Source: Candidatus Latescibacterota bacterium
GTDB lineage: Bacteria; Latescibacterota; UBA2968; UBA8231
Assembly: GCA_965203175.1 (NCBI GenBank)
Contig: OZ241867.1
Location: forward strand, 2,208,001 to 2,272,000
Length of the DNA: 64,000 bases
Direction of reading: 5' to 3'
The notes below the pieces were generated by a model. That model was given only the letters and a program-made list of their open reading frames with translations. It did not search any database and had not been told where the DNA came from. The position numbers and the translations under genes are program-made. Within the stretch, counting starts at the first letter, position 1. The number at the start of each line of letters is the position of its first letter. Below are positions 1 through 9,952 of this stretch, in pieces.

Positions 1-4
1 TGTT

Positions 5-409
5 ATGGTCGCCCTCGATCCGGCCACCCGCGCCAATGGCTGCCTGAAAGTGGTCCGCGGCTCCAACCGCCTAGGTCGGCTCGAACACCAGTCCTCCGGC
101 TCCCAGCTCATCGCCGATCCCCAGAGAGTTGCAATGGCGCTGCGAGAAATGGAGGAAGTACACTGCGAACTGGTGCCGGGGTCGGTCCTATACTTTCACG
201 GCAACACCCTGCACGCCTCAGAGCCAAACCTCAGCTCGCAGCCGCGTTGGTCGCTTATCTACGCGTACGTGGCTGCCTCCAATACGTACGTCCTACCCGA
301 CTGGCCCGACGACCAGTGTCCCCTGATAGAAAAGTGGGACGACTCCGCAGTGGACGCCGCTGCCCGGCGGCACTGGGAGTCCGTGGCGGCAACCAACAAA
401 GGAATATGA
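5..409 (+). CDS. Phytanoyl-CoA dioxygenase (PhyH) family protein, 5' truncated by window edge
   Basis: ALDPATRANGCLKVVRGS...GSVLYFHGNTLHASEPNLSSQPRWSL is the typical C-terminal half of PhyH-type Fe/2OG dioxygenases. Confidence 0.85.
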   Translation: MVALDPATRANGCLKVVRGSNRLGRLEHQSSGSQLIADPQRVAMALREMEEVHCELVPGSVLYFHGNTLHASEPNLSSQPRWSLIYAYVAASNTYVLPDWPDDQCPLIEKWDDSAVDAAARRHWESVAATNKGI

Positions 410-1182
410 GTATGGAGCATTCGAGAGCGAGCGATGCAATTGTTTCAATAGTTGTCTTTGCCTGCTGCGTTATCCGCGTCGTTCCTGGGGTGGCGCAGCC
501 GGTTGATAATGAGAGAAAGGTGTACGTCGGCACTATGGTAGGCTTCTCTTTCGCCCAGGATCTGCACCATCAAACTTCTTTTACCGTCTTTAATACTGAA
601 ATGACGGCTTCGGGCGATGTGGAAATGGGGTACGGAATTGGGTTCGCGGCCGTTGCGGGAAAAGAAATTTCCGATTATGTGGCGCTTGAACTTGCCGGTT
701 CTTGGTCAAAACTGCCATGCGATCTGGTAGTTTCCCTGCCCGCCCTCTTGACGCAGACCCTTTCCGAAAGCGATTTTGGGCTGCCTTCCAGTTTCAGCTA
801 TGATGGGAATGTAGTGTCACTTCAGTCGAAGATCGATCTGCTGGTTTACCCTACAAAGATGGCCGCGGGTTCCGACGGCGGCGCGAAGCCTTACTTGGGA
901 GGCGGCGTGGGAATCGTGCGGTCGGATATGGACCTGGATATTGAAAAGGATGAGCCGACGCAGGCATTCATCGAGACGTTGGAGGAGGTGGGTTTTGCGG
1001 CACTGTTGCCGCAAAAGATAGACGAAAAAGGAACGGATATGCAGTTGAGCCTGCGCGCGGGCGTGAACGTGCCTTTCAACGGAATAGATTTGGATTTGGG
1101 ATGGCAGTTCTATAGAACGTACGTCGAAGGAAAAGACAATAATTCCCACGTGGCAGCCGGCATCCTGAAGTACGCGTTTTAA
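406..1182 (+). CDS. Outer-membrane beta-barrel protein (OmpA/OMP_b-brl-like)
   Basis: ATG at 406 overlaps the upstream TGA (ATGA). Signal-peptide-like N-terminus, KPYLGGGVG strand, C-terminal aromatic LKYAF. Confidence 0.7.
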   Translation: MSMEHSRASDAIVSIVVFACCVIRVVPGVAQPVDNERKVYVGTMVGFSFAQDLHHQTSFTVFNTEMTASGDVEMGYGIGFAAVAGKEISDYVALELAGSWSKLPCDLVVSLPALLTQTLSESDFGLPSSFSYDGNVVSLQSKIDLLVYPTKMAAGSDGGAKPYLGGGVGIVRSDMDLDIEKDEPTQAFIETLEEVGFAALLPQKIDEKGTDMQLSLRAGVNVPFNGIDLDLGWQFYRTYVEGKDNNSHVAAGILKYAF

Positions 1183-1229
1183 GTGGCTGCGATCTTGCTG
1201 GCTACATGGACCGGTGCGCTCTCAGTGCT

Positions 1230-1258
1230 TTGACAGATTATTGATATGTGCCTATACG
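1230..1258 (+). promoter_or_regulatory. Putative sigma70 promoter for lacI-family gene
   Basis: TTGACA-N17-TATACG upstream of the CDS at 1336. Confidence 0.4.
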
Positions 1259-1335
1259 TAAAGTAGCTCGTCGAGATTCGTCGGCCCTTCCGACGAAGTT
1301 GTCGCCTCATACGCCTTAATTAGTGATAGGATCAG

Positions 1336-2379
1336 ATGATGAAAAAAAAGCAAGCTACCATCAAAGACATTGCACGGGAGTTAAAGATTTCACATTCAAC
1401 CGTCTCGCGGGCACTATCTGAGGATCAAAAGGTGTCGGCATTGGTGGCTGAGAAGACTCGAAAACAGGTGCAACAAAAAGCCGCTGAGTTGGACTACAGT
1501 CCCAATTTGATGGCGCAGGGGTTTGTAACGGGGAAAACGGGTACTTTGGGTCTGCAGGCCTACGGGATTTCCGGGGAGACATATGGTGCTCAAACCGATC
1601 AAATTCTGCGGGCGGCTGACACGCATAATTATCAGATCCTAATAACCTTGACCTATCCCCAGAGTGGGTTTCATACAGCACAGACCGACCAGGATCAGGG
1701 GCGCGAGATCAAGCAGTTGCTTTCTCGGGGCATAGACGGACTGTTGATTCATACGCGGGGCACCAAAGGAGAGTCCGAGCGTATTTTGGATACCGTGCGG
1801 GGACGAGTGCCCGTGGTGACTTTTCCCTACCCAACTCAAAACCTGAGTGGGGTTGTGGAAGACGCTATGGCGAATTTTTGCGCGGCTACCGAGCATTTGA
1901 TCCGGTTGGGTCACGAGCGGATTGGGTTTATCGGAGCGGACTGGAATAAGAACGCCGTGGGTTCGGGCAAGGCCAAGGGGTATTTGCTGGCGATGCAAAA
2001 GCACGGCCTGACGCCCAAACGCATACCTGGCAGAACCTTTCCTAGAAAACCGACGCATCGCATGGGGAAAAGGCTCGCCGACAGGTTTACGGCTCTTGTG
2101 TGCCGGGATGATTACACGGCTATAGGCGTTTGTCGAGGGCTACGGAAAGCAGGTTTTCGCGTACCCGACGATGTGGCCGTGATAGGAAGCGGCAATATAG
2201 AGGTGGCCGAGTATGTGACACCAGCCCTGACCACCTTGGCGATCCCCTATGAGGCGATTGCCCAGGCGGCGATGGAGCTGATGCTGGAACAGCTTGAGGG
2301 GGAGGAGACGCCTCGGCAGATAATCGTGAGATCGCCTCTGGTCGTGCGAGAATCCTGTGGGGCGAAAAGTAGGAAATAA
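1336..2379 (+). CDS. LacI-family transcriptional regulator
   Basis: N-terminal HTH TIKDIARELKISHSTVSRAL, hinge YSPNLMAQG, C-terminal PALTT...LVVRESC. Confidence 0.95.
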   Translation: MMKKKQATIKDIARELKISHSTVSRALSEDQKVSALVAEKTRKQVQQKAAELDYSPNLMAQGFVTGKTGTLGLQAYGISGETYGAQTDQILRAADTHNYQILITLTYPQSGFHTAQTDQDQGREIKQLLSRGIDGLLIHTRGTKGESERILDTVRGRVPVVTFPYPTQNLSGVVEDAMANFCAATEHLIRLGHERIGFIGADWNKNAVGSGKAKGYLLAMQKHGLTPKRIPGRTFPRKPTHRMGKRLADRFTALVCRDDYTAIGVCRGLRKAGFRVPDDVAVIGSGNIEVAEYVTPALTTLAIPYEAIAQAAMELMLEQLEGEETPRQIIVRSPLVVRESCGAKSRK

Positions 2380-2607
2380 TCGGCATTGTGCGACTCAAGG
2401 CCGGACGCAGCCCTAGGCCCTAACTGCCCCGTCCCGGCTGTTTCCAAATACTAGCCGGACCAAATTATCACCATATTATCATAAAAACAGGCCGTAGAAT
2501 CACTGTATTGTCACAGCATTTTTTTAGTATATAGCTGTGGCAAATCAGAATCAGACTGAGTCACTCCCCTTGACTTGACAGCGTAGCGGGAGAGCAGATA
2601 TATCTGA

Positions 2608-3492
2608 ATGCAAACGTATGAATATATGACGACGCAGAGAATTGTAACGGAGGGGGCGGGTACTTTAGGTCTGCTGACCTACCAAATTTCCCGGGAGACC
2701 TTTGGCCGTCAGACCGATCAGATTCTGCGGGCAGCTTACGAGGAGCAATATCAGGTTGTGATTAGCCTGGCCGCTCACCGGACGCCTCTGGCTCCAATGG
2801 ACGATCAGGCCATGCAGATCAATCAGTTGCTTTCCCGAAGCATAGACGGACTCTTGATTAATACGCGAGGCGACGAAGAAGAGTCCGAGCGCATAGTGAA
2901 CACCGTACAGGAGCGAGTACCGGTGGTGACGTTTCACTATCCGACTGCAAACCTGAGCGGGGTCGTGTTGGACAATGCAGCGGATTTTTTCGCGGCCACC
3001 GAGCATTTGATTCGATTGGGTCACGAGCGGATCGGGTTTATCGGCCCGGACTGGGATGAAGCCAGCCCGGTTTCAGCCAAGGCCAAGGGATACTTACTGG
3101 CGATGCAAAAGCATGGCCTGCCGCACGAATTCGTCCCAGCCTTGGGCATCTATGCGAAGGGGGGACATCTACAGGGAAAAAGGCTCGGCTATCGGTTTAC
3201 GGCTTTTGTGTGCCGGGATGATTATACGGCCATGGGCGTTTGTCGTGGGCTGGAGGAGTTAGGTCTTAGCGTCCCCGAAGAGGTGGCTGTGGTGGGTAGC
3301 GGCGATATCGGTGTGGCGGCGATTGTGACACCGACGCTGACGACATTGGCAACTCCCTACGAGGCGATTGCCGAGGCGGCGATGGAGCTGATGCTGGAAC
3401 AGCTTGAGGGGAGGCAGGATGAGCCTCGGCAAATAACTTTGAAATCGCACCTAGTCGTGCGGGAGTCCTGCGGGGCGAACAAGAAAAAATGA
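2608..3492 (+). CDS. LacI-family ligand-binding domain protein lacking the HTH (paralogue of upstream gene)
   Basis: Aligns with 1336..2379 from GTLGL onward (QTDQILRAA, ATEHLIRLGHERIGFIG, LVVRESCGA). No HTH is encoded upstream. Confidence 0.8.
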   Translation: MQTYEYMTTQRIVTEGAGTLGLLTYQISRETFGRQTDQILRAAYEEQYQVVISLAAHRTPLAPMDDQAMQINQLLSRSIDGLLINTRGDEEESERIVNTVQERVPVVTFHYPTANLSGVVLDNAADFFAATEHLIRLGHERIGFIGPDWDEASPVSAKAKGYLLAMQKHGLPHEFVPALGIYAKGGHLQGKRLGYRFTAFVCRDDYTAMGVCRGLEELGLSVPEEVAVVGSGDIGVAAIVTPTLTTLATPYEAIAEAAMELMLEQLEGRQDEPRQITLKSHLVVRESCGANKKK

Positions 3493-3559
3493 TCGAAAGG
3501 GCGCGCATTGCCCCGAGTGAGGGCGTGCCCTATATTGTAGAGACATTGAGTATATAGCT

Positions 3560-3641
3560 TCCGTTGGGGGTGGCCCGGTAGCGGGCCTGAGATTGAGACC
3601 CTTCGAACCTGAACTGGATCGTGCCAGCGTAGGGAAACGGA
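3560..3641 (+). ncRNA. TPP (THI-box) riboswitch
   Basis: GGGG..CTGAGA..ACCCTTCGAACCTGAACTGGATCGTGCCAGCGTAGGGAA core, P1 TCCGTT/AACGGA, upstream of thiamine-related genes. Confidence 0.93.
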
Positions 3642-3662
3642 TGCCGTACGCACCGCGTACGC

Positions 3663-3695
3663 ACCGCTGGCCCATTCAGGGCGGGCGGTTTTTTT
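3663..3695 (+). terminator. Intrinsic terminator (riboswitch expression platform)
   Basis: ACCGCTGGCCC-attca-GGGCGGGCGGT hairpin followed by a T run, between the aptamer and the TBDR start. Confidence 0.8.
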
Positions 3696-3744
3696 GTGCC
3701 CCTCGACGGATTTTTCCGCAAATGCAAGACGAGGGAGCAAATCT

Positions 3745-6096
3745 ATGCGAATTTCACTATCGTCGGCTAGCTTGCTGGCCGGTTTATTGATGCTGTCGGC
3801 GTTGTCTGGGGCGCAGGCCGAAGAAGTGCCTGGCCAAGTGCTGGACGCGGCCACGGGCCTCCCCTTGGAAGGGGCCAACGTGCGGGCCGGGGATAGGGCT
3901 ACCACTACGGATCCTCAGGGTCGCTTTAAGGTGGAGGCAGCCTTGGGCGACTCTCTAGACATTTCCTTTATCGGCTACCAGAGCGCGCGGGTAGCGGTAG
4001 TCTTGCCGCTAGTCGTGGCTTTGGAGCGCGCGATTTTGCAAGCGCCGGAGGTGGTGGTGGAAGGCGGTTTGGTGCGCCAGCGGCTCGACCGCTTGGCCGC
4101 CAGCGTCACGGTAGTGGATGGGGATCGTTCTCGGGCCAGCGGGGCTGGGCACTTGCAGGACGCGACCCATGCGGTGCCCAATTTGAATTGGGCTGGCGGC
4201 TCGTCCCGGCCGCGCTATTTCCAGATTCGGGGCATTGGCGAGCGCAGCCACTACGCCGGCGAAGGGCCGCCCAGTTTTTCGGTGGGATTCGTCATGGACG
4301 ATGTTGACTTAAGCGGCATGGGCACGGCCGGATTGCTCTTTGACGTCGATCAGGTCGAAGTCTTCAAAGGCCCTCAGTCAACTATTTTTGGCCCCAACGC
4401 TTTAGCCGGTCTGATCAATTTGCGCTCGGCCGATCCCCAGCCAGGGTTTGCCGGAGCGGGCAGCGCCGAGATGGGCAGTGATGGTTTAGGGCGTTTTTCC
4501 GGGGCGGTGAATCTGCCGGTAGGGAGCGATCTGGCGCTGCGCGTGGGGTTCGAGAACGGTCGTTCCAACGGCTTTCGCTCCAATGCCTTTCTCGATGCCG
4601 ATGACACCAACGGCCGACGCGAGCAGTTGCTGCGCGCTAAGGTCGGCTGGACCCCGGCGGCTGGTTCCGAGGTATTGGGTACCTTCTTTTGGGCCGATAT
4701 GGACAACGGGTACGACGCTTGGGTGCCCGACAACAACGAGGATTTGACGACCTATTCCGACAAGCCGGGCAAGGACCGCCAGCAGACGACCGGGGCCTCG
4801 CTCAAGAGCACTTGGGGGCTGGGCGCGAGCGGTGTTGAATTGGTGACCATTACCGCGTTTTCGCGCAGCGAATTGGAGCACAGCTACGACGGCGATTGGG
4901 GCAACGACGAGTACTGGCTAGCGGAGTATGGATTCGACCCGGATGTCGAGGGGTGGAGCTACGACTTTTTCGACCGCAATGTGCGCGACCGCACGGTTGT
5001 GAGCCAAGAGGCCCGGCTCTTGGTCGAGGAACTGGTGGTGGGAGCCTATTGGAAGCGGCTCGAAGAGGAGGACAATGCCGCAGGATATTTGTTCGGCGGC
5101 GACGCCACGGACCTGAACGGGCGCTACGAGATCGACAACCTAGCTTTTTACGGCCAGTACGGGCTGGCCTTGAGCGAAAAAGTGCGGCTGGAAGTCAATG
5201 CGCGGCTCGACCGCAACGATACGGCCTATGAAGGGACGACGGCGAATTATGGGGCCGATAGCACTAGCACCGCGTTTGCCGTCGACCAATGGTTGGGCGG
5301 TGGCAAAGCATCCCTTAGTTACGACTGGCGTCCGGGCCAGACCCTGTACGCTTCGGCCTCGCGCGGCTACCGCTCCGGTGGGGTCAACCAGCACCCGTAC
5401 TTAGCCGCGGAAAACCGCCCCTACGACCCTGAGTACATCGTCAATCTCGAACTCGGCTGGCGGGTCAGCGGACCGCGCTCTTCCATTGGACTGACCCTGT
5501 TCCACGCTCTGCGCTCGGACCAGCAAGTCGAGTTGTCGAGCCAGCAGGATCCGGGCGATCCCAACAGCTTTTTTTACTTCACGGCCAATGCCGTCAAAGG
5601 CCGCAACAGTGGCTTGGAATGGGAGCAGACCGTCCGCCTCCTACCCCAGGTCGAACTCTTCGGCTCGGTGGGTCTGCTCGCTACTCACATTGATACGTAC
5701 ACCTTCCCCATCGCGGAAGACGAGGAAGCGACGCTGGGGGACCGGGCCGCAGCTCATGCCCCCAACTACACCTTTAGCGTAGGCGGCGAATACCGCCATC
5801 CGTCGGGCTTGGGGGCACGGCTGGCCCTAATCGGCATGGACCAATTCTTCTACTCCGATGGCCACGACCAAGTCTCAGAGCCTTATCGATTGGTCAACGC
5901 CCACATCGCCTACCAATGGGAAGCATGGTCCGTGCAACTGTGGGGCCGCAACCTGCTCGACGAACGCTACGGGGTGCGGGGCTTCTACTTTGGCCTAGAG
6001 CCGCCGGATTACGCCGACAAGCTGTACAAAACCTACGGCGATCCGCGCCAAGTGGGCGTGCGGCTGACGACGCAGTTTTCTTCTTTTGGAGACTAA
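3745..6096 (+). CDS. TonB-dependent receptor, probable thiamine/precursor uptake
   Basis: Signal peptide, CarboxypepD_reg-like N-domain (GQVLDAATGLPLEGANV), plug (VEVFKGPQSTIFG), barrel end GRNLLDERY...GDPRQVGV. Lies under the TPP riboswitch. Confidence 0.9.
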   Translation: MRISLSSASLLAGLLMLSALSGAQAEEVPGQVLDAATGLPLEGANVRAGDRATTTDPQGRFKVEAALGDSLDISFIGYQSARVAVVLPLVVALERAILQAPEVVVEGGLVRQRLDRLAASVTVVDGDRSRASGAGHLQDATHAVPNLNWAGGSSRPRYFQIRGIGERSHYAGEGPPSFSVGFVMDDVDLSGMGTAGLLFDVDQVEVFKGPQSTIFGPNALAGLINLRSADPQPGFAGAGSAEMGSDGLGRFSGAVNLPVGSDLALRVGFENGRSNGFRSNAFLDADDTNGRREQLLRAKVGWTPAAGSEVLGTFFWADMDNGYDAWVPDNNEDLTTYSDKPGKDRQQTTGASLKSTWGLGASGVELVTITAFSRSELEHSYDGDWGNDEYWLAEYGFDPDVEGWSYDFFDRNVRDRTVVSQEARLLVEELVVGAYWKRLEEEDNAAGYLFGGDATDLNGRYEIDNLAFYGQYGLALSEKVRLEVNARLDRNDTAYEGTTANYGADSTSTAFAVDQWLGGGKASLSYDWRPGQTLYASASRGYRSGGVNQHPYLAAENRPYDPEYIVNLELGWRVSGPRSSIGLTLFHALRSDQQVELSSQQDPGDPNSFFYFTANAVKGRNSGLEWEQTVRLLPQVELFGSVGLLATHIDTYTFPIAEDEEATLGDRAAAHAPNYTFSVGGEYRHPSGLGARLALIGMDQFFYSDGHDQVSEPYRLVNAHIAYQWEAWSVQLWGRNLLDERYGVRGFYFGLEPPDYADKLYKTYGDPRQVGVRLTTQFSSFGD

Positions 6097-6769
6097 AGCT
6101 GTGGGCAGTCAGTTCGCTTTAATCATCGGCAATGGCGAGCCGCCTTCCCGAGAATTATTTACCGCTTGCGCTCGGGAAGCCGAGCTGATTCTGTGCGCCG
6201 ATGGCGGAGCTAATACCGCCTCGGCGTACGGGTACGCGCCCGATTACGTCGTCGGCGACCTCGACTCGGTTAGCCGCCAGAGTAAGGCTGCCCTTGCCGC
6301 CGACCGCCTCGTCCTCGTTGATCCTGAGGGCAATGTGGGCACGGATGGTCAAAAAGTCCTCAATCACGCCGTTGCACTAGGTGTAACTGAAGCCGTTTTA
6401 CTCGGTTTTACGGGACGGCGCACCGATCATCTGCTGGGCAATTTGAGTCTGCTCAAAACCTTTGCCGACCGCCTCGCTTTGCGAATAGTGGACGACTACT
6501 GCGACATCCGTCTCATCGACCAATGCATTCGCTTCCGCGCTGTTATTGGCCAGAAAGTTTCCCTGTGCCCGCTCGACGGCGCGGCAGAAGGCATTATCAC
6601 AGAGGGGCTGAAATGGGCCTTGCGGTCCGAGAGCCTCATCCCGGGCGTGCGCGACGGTATCTCCAACGAGGTGGTGGATAATCCGGTCGAAATTCGGGTG
6701 GAACGCGGCGATCTGCTGTTGTGCGTGCAGCGGGAGAGTGCGTCCGGGCAGATCGAATTGCTGGATTAG
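6086..6769 (+). CDS. thiN: Thiamine pyrophosphokinase
   Basis: ALIIGNG, CADGGAN, VGDLDS, GRRTDHLLGN, GLKWAL, GISNE motifs. The start may be GTG at 6101. Confidence 0.9.
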   Translation: METKAVGSQFALIIGNGEPPSRELFTACAREAELILCADGGANTASAYGYAPDYVVGDLDSVSRQSKAALAADRLVLVDPEGNVGTDGQKVLNHAVALGVTEAVLLGFTGRRTDHLLGNLSLLKTFADRLALRIVDDYCDIRLIDQCIRFRAVIGQKVSLCPLDGAAEGIITEGLKWALRSESLIPGVRDGISNEVVDNPVEIRVERGDLLLCVQRESASGQIELLD

Positions 6770-7720
6770 TCAGGCCGAGCAGCTAGCGCCCCCGAGGACG
6801 CAGAATTGGGCGCAGTGCGGGTGATTGAGCTGCACTGGGCCCCAGGTTTCGGCTAGGGTCCGGCCCATCTCAAAGGCCGCGTCATACGGCAGTAGGGTAC
6901 AGGAGAGCACAACCGGAGAATCCGCGCCCTTGCGCTTGACGACCATGCGCGAGGAGGCGCACATGATGTCGTTGGGCGATTGGCCGAGAATGTCCCAGCA
7001 GCCAGTGGTGATCTCGGGGACATCGACGGAGGGATTCATTTCCGGGAAGATAACGAGTTGGCTGGGGTCGTCCGCATCAATGCGCACGCCGAGGTCGGCG
7101 AAAAGGCGGGCGAAGCCGGTGCGCAATTCGCTTTCTTCGTCACCCCAGAGCGTGCGGCCAGCGGCTGTTAAGCGAAAGCCGCAATCGGAAAGCCAGCGCA
7201 AGCCCGCGATCATCGGTGCCCAGGAGCGCTTGCCGCGCTCCTCCTCGTGCAGCACCGGATCGCAGTGGTCAATGGAGACGCGAATCGTCAGCCGGTCGCC
7301 GTGCGCTTCGCGCAGCCGCAGCAGGTCGTCGTCGCATTTCATCATCGGTCGCATGGCGTTGGTCAACACTAAACTCTCGAAACCCCGCTCCAGCACGTCT
7401 TCGAGCATGTCGAGCATTTCGGGATTCATAAAAGGCTCGCCGCCGGTGAAGCCGATCTCGCGCGTGCCCAGCCGGTCGCGCTCGATCTCGTCGAGATAGG
7501 CTGCCACTTCTGCTGCCGTGAGGTACACTAGACGGTCATTGCGCGGGCTCGATTCGATGTAGCAGTTGGCGCACTCTAAGTTGCAGAGGGTACCGGTGTT
7601 AAACCACAGGGTTTCCAGCCGCGTCAATGCTACGCTAGCTCGCTCTTCTCCGTCGGCGGTGACGTCGGGGTCTTGGAACTTGCGCGGGTCTAAATGGGGT
7701 GGGGCTTGCACTTGTGTCAT
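6770..7720 (-). CDS. Radical SAM protein
   Basis: CNLECANC (CxxxCxxC), FTGGEPF, additional C-terminal Cys. AGGAGA SD before the ATG at 7720. Confidence 0.9.
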   Translation of the reverse strand: MTQVQAPPHLDPRKFQDPDVTADGEERASVALTRLETLWFNTGTLCNLECANCYIESSPRNDRLVYLTAAEVAAYLDEIERDRLGTREIGFTGGEPFMNPEMLDMLEDVLERGFESLVLTNAMRPMMKCDDDLLRLREAHGDRLTIRVSIDHCDPVLHEEERGKRSWAPMIAGLRWLSDCGFRLTAAGRTLWGDEESELRTGFARLFADLGVRIDADDPSQLVIFPEMNPSVDVPEITTGCWDILGQSPNDIMCASSRMVVKRKGADSPVVLSCTLLPYDAAFEMGRTLAETWGPVQLNHPHCAQFCVLGGASCSA

Positions 7721-7937
7721 GCTGTCTCCTGCGGCGGTCTGGGTCTCGTCGTCCAAGACGATGGAGATGTGGATGTTGACCGCTTGGGCGTCGTGCGGCT
7801 GCAAAGAAGCCGATAACTTAATAGACTGTCAAGGTAAATTGCAGTTCTGGAAGCCCTGTGTGTACAGCAGAAAAGAGGCTCTGGCGGAGTTTTAGTGGGA
7901 TGAGTAGGTTGTCTGCTGCATAGAAAGGAGAACCACC

Positions 7938-9014
7938 ATGCAGAAGCACACAGTAGCTATCATCGGCCTCGGCCGTATGGGCAGCACCATTGACGACGAA
8001 GGGCACGGCGACGTGCCCTATTCGGTCGCAGCCGCGACGAGGGCGAGCGAGCGGCTGGAGCTCGTGGCTGGAGCGGATCTCTTGCCGGATAAGCGCGATG
8101 CGTTTCAAAGCCGCTGGGGAACAGCCGTGTACGAGGATTTCCGCGACATGATCGACCGCGAAAAGCCCGATCTCGTGGCCATCTGCACCGCGGCCTGTTT
8201 GCCCAAGCCCGCCAGAGAGGCCCCGGACGCGAGTTTTCGCGGCGACTCGCACGCCGACCTAGCGGTGGCAGTGGCCGATCTGGGCGTGCCGATGATCTAC
8301 CTCGAAAAGGCCATGGCCAGCTCGATGGAGCGCGCCGACGAGATCCGCGATGCCGTAAAGCGCAACAATACGCTCTTCAACACGGGCGTCCTGCGCCGCT
8401 TTGACAACCGCTACGACGTGGTCAAGGACGCGGTCGCTGCCGGTCAGGTCGGCGAGGTGCGGGCCGTGATTCACTACGCCAGTTCCAGCCTGATGCACGG
8501 GCACATCCATTCGATCGACACGGTGTCCTATCTCATCGGCGATCCGGCGATTGAAGCTGTGCGCGGCGAGCTTTTGCCTCGCGGCTTGCAAGTCGAGGGT
8601 AATCACATTTCGTCCGATCCCTCGGCCACCTATCAACTGCGCTTTGCCAACGGCGTCGAGGCCTGGTCCATTCCAACGGCCCCGTGGGAGTTCGAGGTCA
8701 TCGGTTCGGAGGGGGCGATTCGTTCGTGCAACAATGGGGCCAACGTTTTACTGCGTCAGCCCGGTACCGTGCAAGGACGGAAAACCTTGTGGGAAGAGGT
8801 GCCTGTCGATCCGGTGGCACCGCGCAGTACGACGCAGTGCTGCTTGGAGGATTTGGCTGCGGCGCGCGAATCCGGCCAACCCACGCGCGGCCACATCGAC
8901 GTGACGCACCACATCACAGAAGCTACCATCGCCGTTGCCGAGAGCCACCGCCAGGGCGGCGCTTGGGTGGAATTGCCGCTGCCTGAGCGCGACCTATACA
9001 TTTTTCACGTCTAG
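7938..9014 (+). CDS. Gfo/Idh/MocA oxidoreductase
   Basis: IIGLGRMG, EKPDLVAIC, YLEKAMA motifs. Confidence 0.9.
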   Translation: MQKHTVAIIGLGRMGSTIDDEGHGDVPYSVAAATRASERLELVAGADLLPDKRDAFQSRWGTAVYEDFRDMIDREKPDLVAICTAACLPKPAREAPDASFRGDSHADLAVAVADLGVPMIYLEKAMASSMERADEIRDAVKRNNTLFNTGVLRRFDNRYDVVKDAVAAGQVGEVRAVIHYASSSLMHGHIHSIDTVSYLIGDPAIEAVRGELLPRGLQVEGNHISSDPSATYQLRFANGVEAWSIPTAPWEFEVIGSEGAIRSCNNGANVLLRQPGTVQGRKTLWEEVPVDPVAPRSTTQCCLEDLAAARESGQPTRGHIDVTHHITEATIAVAESHRQGGAWVELPLPERDLYIFHV

Positions 9015-9165
9015 GGGACATCTACCTCCATCTACTTACTACCTGACGTTACGCAGTCGCTCTATATCTTGCGGATTATCGAAGCCTGTTGACCCAAGAT
9101 ATTGGGGCGAAATTGAGTATTTTCTGGAAAACTGCGTAACATCAGTTACTACTAAAAGGATACAT

Positions 9166-9951
9166 GTGCTAAAAGCAGGCATATTCCTCGACATGGAGAA
9201 TCTCAACCGCTGCGGCGGCTACGCCATTCGCTTTCGCCAGATCAAGGCCCTAGTGGAGGCGCAGCAGGCGGTTGTGGTGCGGGCCAATGCCTATATGGCC
9301 GTGGACCGTGAGCGCGAAAACATGGATGTAGAGTACCGCCAAAAAAGGGAAACGTATCGCAATCGAGCACGGCGAGAGGGCTACCACCTGATACTCAAAG
9401 AAGTGCGGCGCTATCGCAATCCGGACGGCGAGACCATCGTCAAGGCCGACGCCGATCTAGAGCTGGCGATAGACGCCCTATTGCAGTCGGACAACTTGGA
9501 CTACGTGCTGTTGGGCAGCGGCGATGGCGATTTCGTGCGCTTGGTGCGCGCCCTGCAAAACCGGGGCAAACGGGTCGATTTGCTGTCTTTTATGCACACC
9601 AGTACCGAGTTACGCCAAGAGGTAGATCACCACTTTTCCGGGTACTTGGTGCCCGGCATTCTGTTTTCTGAGCGAGGTCTAACCCAGCGCCTGCGCGGCA
9701 TCCTACACGCGGTCAACGAGGAGAAGGGCTACGGCTTCTTGACTGTGCAGACCGACTTGGGCATGGACAGTATACGCGAAGATATTTTTCTGCACATCAC
9801 CGACTTGCGTACGGTGCGGGGTGGGGTGGTGTCCAACGCGGACTTTGCCTATCTCAAGGTGCGCGAGGCGATCATCGAGTTTGAGGTGGAGGACGATGGA
9901 GATCGGAAAAAGGCCGTCAACGCCATAGAATTTCGACCGGAGCTGCTGTGA
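9166..9951 (+). CDS. NYN (LabA/DUF88) domain protein with C-terminal cold-shock-like OB domain
   Basis: IFLDMEN, KADADLELAID, LGSGDGDFVRLV, then KGYGFL...DIFLHI. GTG start after AAAGGA. Confidence 0.85.
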   Translation: MLKAGIFLDMENLNRCGGYAIRFRQIKALVEAQQAVVVRANAYMAVDRERENMDVEYRQKRETYRNRARREGYHLILKEVRRYRNPDGETIVKADADLELAIDALLQSDNLDYVLLGSGDGDFVRLVRALQNRGKRVDLLSFMHTSTELRQEVDHHFSGYLVPGILFSERGLTQRLRGILHAVNEEKGYGFLTVQTDLGMDSIREDIFLHITDLRTVRGGVVSNADFAYLKVREAIIEFEVEDDGDRKKAVNAIEFRPELL

Positions 9952-9952
9952 G

